Assembly (NCBI GenBank): GCA_964016885.1
Contig: OZ024741.1
Location: 255,440,001-255,504,000 of the forward strand
Origin: Eledone cirrhosa
Lineage: Eukaryota
Reading direction: 5' to 3'
DNA length: 64,000 nucleotides
Positions within the stretch are counted from its first letter, which is position 1. Every line of letters starts with the position of its first letter. The notes beneath the pieces were generated by a model. That model was given only the letters and a program-made list of their open reading frames with translations, was not told the origin of the DNA and did not search any database. Positions 51,495-62,026 of the stretch are shown here, in pieces. A program made the position numbers and the translations under genes.

Positions 51495-54400
51495 TTACGA
51501 GTGTTTCGACTTACGAGTGTTTCGACATACGAGTGTTTCGACTTACGAATGTTTTTGCTTACGGGTGTTTCGACTTACGAATGTTTTTGCTTACGAGTGT
51601 TTCGGCTTACGAGTGTTTCCGGCTTACGAGTGTTTCAACTTACGAGTGTTCTGACTTACGAGTGTTCTGACTTACGGATGTTTCGACACACGAGTGTTTC
51701 GAATTACGAGTGTTTCGACTTACGAGTGTTTTGACTTACGGGTGTTTTGACATACGAGTGTTTCGATACGAGTGTTTCGACTTACGAGTGTTCTGACTTA
51801 CGAGTGTTCTGATTTAAGGATGTTTCGACATACGAGTGTTTCGACTTACGAGTGTTTCGACTTATGAGTGTTTCGACTTACGAGTGTTTCGGCTTACGAG
51901 TGTTTCGACTTACGAGTGTTTTGACTTACGGTGTTTCGGCTTACGAGTGTTTCGACTTACGAGTGTTTTGACTTACGGGTGTTTTGACATACGAGTGTTT
52001 CGATACGAGTGTTCTGACTTACGAGTGTTCTGACTTACGAGTGTTCTGACTTACGAGTGTTCTGATTTACGGATGTTTCGACATACGAGTGTTTCGACTT
52101 ACGAGTGTTTCGACTTATGAGTGTTTCGACTTACGAGTGTTTCGGCTTACGAGTGTTTCGACTTACGAGTGTTTTGACTTACGGTGTTTCGGCTTACGAG
52201 TGTTTCGACTTACGAGTGTTTTGACTTACGGGTGTTTTGACATACGAGTGTTTCGATACGAGTGTTCTGACTTACGAGTGTTCTGACTTACGAGTGTTTT
52301 GACTTACGAGTGTTCTGACTTACGGGTGTTTCGACTTACGAGTATTTTTGGCTTACGAGTGTTTCGACTTACGAGTGTTTTGACTTACGAGTGTTCTGAT
52401 TTACGGATGTTTCGACATACGAGTGTTTCGACTTACGAATGTTTCGACTTATGAGTGTTTCGACTTACGAGTGTTTCGGCTTACGAGTGTTTCGACTTAC
52501 GAGTGTTTTGACTTACGGTGTTTCGGCTTACGAGTGTTTCGACTTACGAGTGTTTTGACTTACGGGTGTTTTGACATACGAGTGTTTCGATACGAGTGTT
52601 CTGACTTACGAGTGTTCTGACTTACGAGTGTTTTGACTTACGAGTGTTCTGACTTACGAGTGTTCCGACTTACGAGTGTTCCGACTTACGAGTGTTTCGG
52701 CTTACGAGTGTTTCCGGCTTACGAGTGTTTCGACTTCCGAGTGTTTTGACTTACGGTGTTTCGGCTTACGAGTGATTCGACTTACGAGTGTTTTGACTTA
52801 CGGGTGATTTGACTTACGGGTGTTGTGAATTTCGAGTGTTCCGATTTACGAGTGTTTTGACTTACGGTGTTTCGGCTTACGAGTGATTCGACTTACGAAT
52901 GTTTTGACTTACGGGTGTTTCGGCTTGCGAGTGTTTCGACTTACGAGTGTTTCGGCTTATGGGTGTTTCGACTTACTAATGTTTTTACTTACGAGTGTTT
53001 CGGCGTACGAGTGTTTTGACTTACGAGTGTTTCGACTTACGAGTGTTTCGACTTACGAGTGTTTCGACTTACGAGTGTTTCGGCTTACGTGAGTTTCGAC
53101 TTAAGAGTGTTCTGATTTACGAGTGTTCTGACTTGCGGGTGTTCTGATTTACGAGTGTTCCGACTTACGAGTGTTTCGGCTTATTAGTGTTTCGACTTAT
53201 GGGTGTTTCGACTTACGAGTGTTTTTACTTACGGTGTTTCGGCTTACGAGTGTTTCGACATACGAGTGTTTTGACTTACGGGTGTTTCGACTTACGAGTG
53301 TTTTGACTTACGAATGTTTTGACTTACGGGTGTTTCGGCTTACGAGTGTTTCGACTTACGAGTGTTTAGGCTTACGAGTGTTTCGACTTACTAATGTTCT
53401 TACGAGTGTTTCGGCGTACGAGAGTTTTGACTTACGAGTGTTTCGACTGACGAGTGTTTCGACTTACGAGTGTTTTGACTTACGAATGTTTTGACTTACG
53501 GGTGTTTCGGCTGACGATTGTTTCGACTTACGAGTCTTTCGGCTTACGAGTGTTTCGACTTACTAATGTTTTTACTTACGAGTGTTTCGGCGTACGAGTG
53601 TTTCGACTTACGAGTGTTTCGACTTACGGGTGTTTTGACTTACGGGTGTTTCGGCTTACGAGTGTTTTGACTTACGAGTGTTTTGACTTAAGGGTGTTTC
53701 GACTTACGAGTATTTTTGGCTTACGAGTGTTTCGACTTACGAGTGTTTTGACTTACGAGTGTTCTGATTTACGGATGTTTCGACATACGAGTGTTTCGAC
53801 TTACGAGTGTTTCGACTTATGAGTGTTTCGACTTACGAGTGTTTCGGCTTATGAGTGTTTCGACTTACGAGTGCTTCGGCTTACGAGTGTTTCGACTTAC
53901 GAGTATTTCGGCTTACGAGTGTTTCGACGTACGAATGTTTTGGCTTACGAGTGTTTCGGCTTATGAGTGTTTCGGCTTACGAGTGTTTCGGCTTACGAGT
54001 GTTTCGGCTTACGAGTGTTTCAGTGTTTCGGCTTACGTGTGTTTCGACTTACGAGTGTTTCGACTTACGAGTGTTTTGACTTACGAGTGTTCTGATTTAC
54101 AGATGTTTCGACATACGAGTGTTTCGACTTACGAGTGTTTCGACTTATGAGTGTTTCGACTTACGAGTGTTTCGACTTACGAGTGTTTCGGCTTGTGATT
54201 GTTTCGACTTACGAGTGTTTTGACTTACGGTGTTTCAGCTTACGAGTGTTTCGACTTACGAGTGTTTTGACTTACGGGTGTTTTGACATACGAGTGTTTC
54301 GATACGAGTGTTCTGACTTACGAGTGTTCTGACTTACGAGTGTTTTGACTTACGAGTGTTCTGACTTACGAGTGTTCCGACTTACGAGTGTTCCGACTTA

Positions 54401-54769
54401 CGAGTGTTTCGGCTTACGAGTGTTTTGACTTAAGGGTGTTTCGACTTACGAGTGTTTCGATACGAGTGTTTCGACTTACGAGTGTTTCGGCTTACGAGTG
54501 TTTCGACTTACGAGTGTTTCGACTTACGAGTGTTCCGACTTACGGGTGTTTCGACTTACGAGTGTTTTGGCTTACGGTGTTTCGACTTACGAGTGTTTCG
54601 AGTTAAGAGTGTTTTGACTTACGAGTATTCTGATTTACGAGTGTTCTGACTTACGAGTGTTCTGACTTACGAGTGTTCTGACTTACGAGTGTTCTGACTT
54701 ACGAGTGTTCCGACTTTACGAGTGTTTCGGCTCACGAGTGTTTCGGCTTACGAGTGTTTCGACTTACGA

Positions 54770-54846
54770 AAATAACAAATAGACGCGGTTTCAAATCTCT
54801 ATGCTTTTCAAATTCATTACATTAATCTTTATTTATACGTTTCGCT
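54770..54846. repeat. 77-bp cassette, copy 19
   Basis: Same sequence as 881-957. Confidence 0.95.
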
Positions 54847-55601
54847 TTACGAGTGTTTCGACTTACGAGTGTTTCGACATACGAGTGTTTCGACTTACGA
54901 ATGTTTTTGCTTACGGGTGTTTCGACTTACGAATGTTTTTGCTTACGAGTGTTTCGGTTTACGAGTGTTCCGACTTACGAGTGTTCCGACTTACGAGTGT
55001 TTCGGCTTACGAGTGTTTCCGGCTTACGAGTGTTTCAACTTACGAGTGTTCTGTCTTACGAGTGTTCTGATTTACGGATGTTTCGACACACGAGTGTTTC
55101 GAATTACGAGTGTTTCGACTTACGAGTGTTTTGACTTACGGGTGTTTTGACATACGAGTGTTTCGATACGAGTGTTTCGACTTACGAGTGTTCTGACTTA
55201 CGAGTGTTCTGTCTTACGAGTGTTCTGACTTACGAGTGTTCTTACTTACGAGTGTTCCGACTTACGAGTGTTCCGACTTACGAGTGTTTCGGCTTACGAG
55301 TGTTTCGGCTTACGAGTGTTTCGACTTACGAATGTTTCGACTTACGAGTGTTCCGACTTACGGGTGTTTCGACTTACGAGTGTTTTGGCTTACGGTGTTT
55401 CGGCTTACGAGTGTTTCGAGTTACGAGTGTTTTGACTTACACGTGTTTTGACATACGAGTGTTTCGATACGAGTGTTCTGACTTACGAGTGTTCTGACTT
55501 ACGAGTGTTCTGACTTACGAGTGTTCTGACTTACGAGTGTTCCGACTTTACGAGTGTTTCGGCTCACGAGTGTTTCGGCTTACGAGTGTTTCGACTTACG
55601 A

Positions 55602-55678
55602 AAATAACAAATAGACGCGGTTTCAAATCTCTATGCTTTTCAAATTCATTACATTAATCTTTATTTATACGTTTCGCT
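55602..55678. repeat. 77-bp cassette, copy 20
   Basis: Same sequence; 832 bp after copy 19. Confidence 0.95.
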
Positions 55679-57749
55679 TTACGAGTGTTTCGACTTACGA
55701 GTGTTTCGACATACGAGTGTTTCGGCTTACGAGTGTTTCGACTTACGAGTGTTTCGACTTACGAGTGTTTCGGCTTACGAGTGTTTTGACTTACGAATGT
55801 TTTGACTTACGATTGTTTCGGCTTACGAGTGTTTCGACTTACGAGTGTTCTGACTACGAGTGTTCTGACTTACGGGTGTTCTGACTTACGAGTGTTCCGA
55901 CTTACGAGTGTTTCGGCTTATGAGTGTTTCGACTTACGAGTGCTTCGACTTACGAGTGTTTCGGCTTACGGGTGTTTCGACTTACGAATGTTTTTGCTTA
56001 CGAGTGTTTCGGCTTACGAGTGTTTCGGCTTATGAGTGTTTCGACTTACGAGTGTTTTGACTTACGGGTGTTTTGACATACGAGTGTTTCGATACGATTG
56101 TTCTGACTTACGAGTGTTTCCGCTTACGAGTGTTTTGGCTTACGAGTGTTTCGACTTACTAATGTTTTTACTTACGAGTGTTTCGGTGTACGAGTGTTTC
56201 GACTTAAGGATGTTTCGACTTACGAGTGTTTCGACTTACGAGTGTTTCGACTTAGGAGTGTTTCGACTTACGAGTGTTTTGGCTTACGAATGTTTTGACT
56301 TACGGGTGTTTCGACTTACGAGTGTTTCGGCTTATGAGTGTTTCGACTTACGGGCGTTTCGACTTACGGGTGTTTCGACTTACGAGTGTTTTGGCTTACG
56401 AATGTTTTGACTTACGGGTGTTTCGACTTACGAGTGTTTCGACTTATGAGTGTTTGGACTTACGAGTGTTTCGGCTTATGAGTGTTTCGACTTACGAGTG
56501 CTTCGGCTTACGAGTGTTTCAGTGTTTCGGCTTACGTGTGTTTCGACTTACGAGTGTTCTGACTTACGAGTGTTCTGACTTACGAGTGTTTCGACATACG
56601 AGTGTTTTGACTTACGGGTGTTTCGACTTACGAGTGTTTTCACTTACGAATGTTTTGACTTACGGGTGTTTCGGCTTACGAGTGTTTCGACTTACGAGTG
56701 TTTCGGCTTACGAGTGTTTCGACTTACTAATATTTTTACTTACGAGTGTTTCGGCGTACGAGAGTTTTGACTTACGCGTGTTTCGACTTGCGAGTGTTTC
56801 GACTTACGAGTATTTTGACTTACGAATGTTTTGACTTACGGGTGTTTCGGCTTACGAGTGTTTCGACTTACGAGTCTTTCGGCTTACGAGTGTTTCGACT
56901 TACTAATGTTTTTACTTACGAGTGTTTCGGCGTACGAGTGTTTCGACTTCTGAGTGTTTCGACTTACGGGTGTTTTGACTGACGGGTGTATCGGCTTACG
57001 AGTGTTTTGACTTACGAGTGTTTTGACTTAAGGGTGTTTCGACTTACGAGTATTTTTGGCTTACGAGTGTTTCGACTTACGAGTGTTTTGACTTACGAGT
57101 GTTCTGATTTACGGATGTTTCGACATACGAGTGTTTCGACTTACGAGTGTTTCGACTTATGAGTGTTTCGACTTACGAGTGTTTCGACTTACGAGTGTTT
57201 CGGCTTGTGATTGTTTTGACTTACGAGTGTTTTGACTTACGGTGTTTCAGCTTACGAGTGTTTCGACTTACGAGTGTTTTGACTTACGGGTGTTTTGACA
57301 TACGAGTGTTTCGATACGAGTGTTCTGACTTACGAGTGTTCTGACTTACGAGTGTTCCGACTTACGAGTGTTCCGACTTACGAGTGTTTCGGCTTACGAG
57401 TGTTTTGACTTAAGGGTGTTTCGACTTACGAGTGTTTCGATACGAGTGTTTCGACTTACGAGTGTTTCGGCTTACGAGTGTTTCGACTTACGAGTGTTTC
57501 GACTTACGAGTGTTCCGACTTACGGGTGTTTCGACTTACGAGTGTTTTGGCTTACGGTGTTTCGACTTACGAGTGTTTCGAGTTAAGAGTGTTTTGACTT
57601 ACGAGTGTTCTGATTTACGAGTGTTCTGACTTACGAGTGTTCTGACTTACGAGTGTTCTGACTTACGAGTGTTCTGACTTACGAGTGTTCCGACTTTACG
57701 AGTGTTTCGGCTCACGAATGTTTCGGCTTACGAGTGTTTCGACTTACGA

Positions 57750-57826
57750 AAATAACAAATAGACGCGGTTTCCAATCTCTATGCTTTTCAAATTCATTAC
57801 ATTAATCTTTATTTATACGTTTCGCT
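57750..57826. repeat. 77-bp cassette, copy 21 (one substitution)
   Basis: gtttccaatc instead of gtttcaaatc (A>C at 57773). Confidence 0.95.
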
Positions 57827-60800
57827 TTACGAGTGTTTCGACTTACGAGTGTTTCGACATACGAGTGTTTCGACTTACGAATGTTTTTGCTTACGGGTGT
57901 TTCGACTTACGAATGTTTTTGCTTACGAGTGTTTCGGCTTACGAGTGTTTCCGGCTTACGAGTGTTTCAACTTACGAGTGTTCTGACTTACGAGTGTTCT
58001 GACTTACGGATGTTTCGACACACGAGTGTTTCGAATTACGAGTGTTTCGACTTACGAGTGTTTTGACTTACGGGTGTTTTGACATACGAGTGTTTCGATA
58101 CGAGTGTTTCGACTTACGAGTGTTCTGACTTACGAGTGTTCTGATTTAAGGATGTTTCGACATACGAGTGTTTCGACTTACGAGTGTTTCGACTTATGAG
58201 TGTTTCGACTTACGAGTGTTTCGGCTTACGAGTGTTTCGACTTACGAGTGTTTTGACTTACGGTGTTTCGGCTTACGAGTGTTTCGACTTACGAGTGTTT
58301 TGACTTACGGGTGTTTTGACATACGAGTGTTTCGATACGAGTGTTCTGACTTACGAGTGTTCTGACTTACGAGTGTTCTGACTTACGAGTGTTCTGACTT
58401 ACGAGTGTTCTGATTTACGGATGTTTCGACATACGAGTGTTTCGACTTACGAGTGTTTCGACTTATGAGTGTTTCGACTTACGAGTGTTTCGGCTTACGA
58501 GTGTTTCGACTTACGAGTGTTTTGACTTACGGTGTTTCGGCTTACGAGTGTTTCGACTTACGAGTGTTTTGACTTACGGGTGTTTTGACATACGAGTGTT
58601 TCGATACGAGTGTTCTGACTTACGAGTGTTCTGACTTACGAGTGTTTTGACTTACGAGTGTTCTGACTTACGGGTGTTTCGACTTACGAGTATTTTTGGC
58701 TTACGAGTGTTTCGACTTACGAGTGTTTTGACTTACGAGTGTTCTGATTTACGGATGTTTCGACATACGAGTGTTTCGACTTACGAATGTTTCGACTTAT
58801 GAGTGTTTCGACTTACGAGTGTTTCGGCTTACGAGTGTTTCGACTTACGAGTGTTTTGACTTACGGTGTTTCGGCTTACGAGTGTTTCGACTTACGAGTG
58901 TTTTGACTTACGGGTGTTTTGACATACGAGTGTTTCGATACGAGTGTTCTGACTTACGAGTGTTCTGACTTACGAGTGTTTTGACTTACGAGTGTTCTGA
59001 CTTACGAGTGTTCCGACTTACGAGTGTTCCGACTTACGAGTGTTTCGGCTTACGAGTGTTTCCGGCTTACGAGTGTTTCGACTTCCGAGTGTTTTGACTT
59101 ACGGTGTTTCGGCTTACGAGTGATTCGACTTACGAGTGTTTTGACTTACGGGTGATTTGACTTACGGGTGTTGTGAATTTCGAGTGTTCCGATTTACGAG
59201 TGTTTTGACTTACGGTGTTTCGGCTTACGAGTGATTCGACTTACGAATGTTTTGACTTACGGGTGTTTCGGCTTGCGAGTGTTTCGACTTACGAGTGTTT
59301 CGGCTTATGGGTGTTTCGACTTACTAATGTTTTTACTTACGAGTGTTTCGGCGTACGAGTGTTTTGACTTACGAGTGTTTCGACTTACGAGTGTTTCGAC
59401 TTACGAGTGTTTCGACTTACGAGTGTTTCGGCTTACGTGAGTTTCGACTTAAGAGTGTTCTGATTTACGAGTGTTCTGACTTGCGGGTGTTCTGATTTAC
59501 GAGTGTTCCGACTTACGAGTGTTTCGGCTTATTAGTGTTTCGACTTATGGGTGTTTCGACTTACGAGTGTTTTTACTTACGGTGTTTCGGCTTACGAGTG
59601 TTTCGACATACGAGTGTTTTGACTTACGGGTGTTTCGACTTACGAGTGTTTTGACTTACGAATGTTTTGACTTACGGGTGTTTCGGCTTACGAGTGTTTC
59701 GACTTACGAGTGTTTAGGCTTACGAGTGTTTCGACTTACTAATGTTCTTACGAGTGTTTCGGCGTACGAGAGTTTTGACTTACGAGTGTTTCGACTGACG
59801 AGTGTTTCGACTTACGAGTGTTTTGACTTACGAATGTTTTGACTTACGGGTGTTTCGGCTGACGATTGTTTCGACTTACGAGTCTTTCGGCTTACGAGTG
59901 TTTCGACTTACTAATGTTTTTACTTACGAGTGTTTCGGCGTACGAGTGTTTCGACTTACGAGTGTTTCGACTTACGGGTGTTTTGACTTACGGGTGTTTC
60001 GGCTTACGAGTGTTTTGACTTACGAGTGTTTTGACTTAAGGGTGTTTCGACTTACGAGTATTTTTGGCTTACGAGTGTTTCGACTTACGAGTGTTTTGAC
60101 TTACGAGTGTTCTGATTTACGGATGTTTCGACATACGAGTGTTTCGACTTACGAGTGTTTCGACTTATGAGTGTTTCGACTTACGAGTGTTTCGGCTTAT
60201 GAGTGTTTCGACTTACGAGTGCTTCGGCTTACGAGTGTTTCGACTTACGAGTATTTCGGCTTACGAGTGTTTCGACGTACGAATGTTTTGGCTTACGAGT
60301 GTTTCGGCTTATGAGTGTTTCGGCTTACGAGTGTTTCGGCTTACGAGTGTTTCGGCTTACGAGTGTTTCAGTGTTTCGGCTTACGTGTGTTTCGACTTAC
60401 GAGTGTTTCGACTTACGAGTGTTTTGACTTACGAGTGTTCTGATTTACAGATGTTTCGACATACGAGTGTTTCGACTTACGAGTGTTTCGACTTATGAGT
60501 GTTTCGACTTACGAGTGTTTCGACTTACGAGTGTTTCGGCTTGTGATTGTTTCGACTTACGAGTGTTTTGACTTACGGTGTTTCAGCTTACGAGTGTTTC
60601 GACTTACGAGTGTTTTGACTTACGGGTGTTTTGACATACGAGTGTTTCGATACGAGTGTTCTGACTTACGAGTGTTCTGACTTACGAGTGTTTTGACTTA
60701 CGAGTGTTCTGACTTACGAGTGTTCCGACTTACGAGTGTTCCGACTTACGAGTGTTTCGGCTTACGAGTGTTTTGACTTAAGGGTGTTTCGACTTACGAG

Positions 60801-61117
60801 TGTTTCGATACGAGTGTTTCGACTTACGAGTGTTTCGGCTTACGAGTGTTTCGACTTACGAGTGTTTCGACTTACGAGTGTTCCGACTTACGGGTGTTTC
60901 GACTTACGAGTGTTTTGGCTTACGGTGTTTCGACTTACGAGTGTTTCGAGTTAAGAGTGTTTTGACTTACGAGTATTCTGATTTACGAGTGTTCTGACTT
61001 ACGAGTGTTCTGACTTACGAGTGTTCTGACTTACGAGTGTTCTGACTTACGAGTGTTCCGACTTTACGAGTGTTTCGGCTCACGAGTGTTTCGGCTTACG
61101 AGTGTTTCGACTTACGA

Positions 61118-61194
61118 AAATAACAAATAGACGCGGTTTCAAATCTCTATGCTTTTCAAATTCATTACATTAATCTTTATTTATACGTTTCGCT
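61118..61194. repeat. 77-bp cassette, copy 22
   Basis: Same sequence as 881-957. Confidence 0.95.
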
Positions 61195-61949
61195 TTACGA
61201 GTGTTTCGACTTACGAGTGTTTCGACATACGAGTGTTTCGACTTACGAATGTTTTTGCTTACGGGTGTTTCGACTTACGAATGTTTTTGCTTACGAGTGT
61301 TTCGGTTTACGAGTGTTCCGACTTACGAGTGTTCCGACTTACGAGTGTTTCGGCTTACGAGTGTTTCCGGCTTACGAGTGTTTCAACTTACGAGTGTTCT
61401 GTCTTACGAGTGTTCTGATTTACGGATGTTTCGACACACGAGTGTTTCGAATTACGAGTGTTTCGACTTACGAGTGTTTTGACTTACGGGTGTTTTGACA
61501 TACGAGTGTTTCGATACGAGTGTTTCGACTTACGAGTGTTCTGACTTACGAGTGTTCTGTCTTACGAGTGTTCTGACTTACGAGTGTTCTTACTTACGAG
61601 TGTTCCGACTTACGAGTGTTCCGACTTACGAGTGTTTCGGCTTACGAGTGTTTCGGCTTACGAGTGTTTCGACTTACGAATGTTTCGACTTACGAGTGTT
61701 CCGACTTACGGGTGTTTCGACTTACGAGTGTTTTGGCTTACGGTGTTTCAGCTTACGAGTGTTACGAGTTACGAGTGTTTTGACTTACACGTGTTTTGAC
61801 ATACGAGTGTTTCGATACGAGTGTTCTGACTTACGAGTGTTCTGACTTACGAGTGTTCTGACTTACGAGTGTTCTGACTTACGAGTGTTCCGACTTTACG
61901 AGTGTTTCGGCTCACGAGTGTTTCGGCTTACGAGTGTTTCGACTTACGA

Positions 61950-62026
61950 AAATAACAAATAGACGCGGTTTCAAATCTCTATGCTTTTCAAATTCATTAC
62001 ATTAATCTTTATTTATACGTTTCGCT
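61950..62026. repeat. 77-bp cassette, copy 23
   Basis: Same sequence; 832 bp after copy 22. Confidence 0.95.

Larger units (their letters stand above)
38970..55700 (+). repeat. About 8.35-kb tandem duplication (offsets 8332, 8364, 8380); boundaries approximate
   Basis: ORFs 39260/47592, 40928/49292, 43085/51449, 44503/52883, 46421/54801. Confidence 0.88.
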
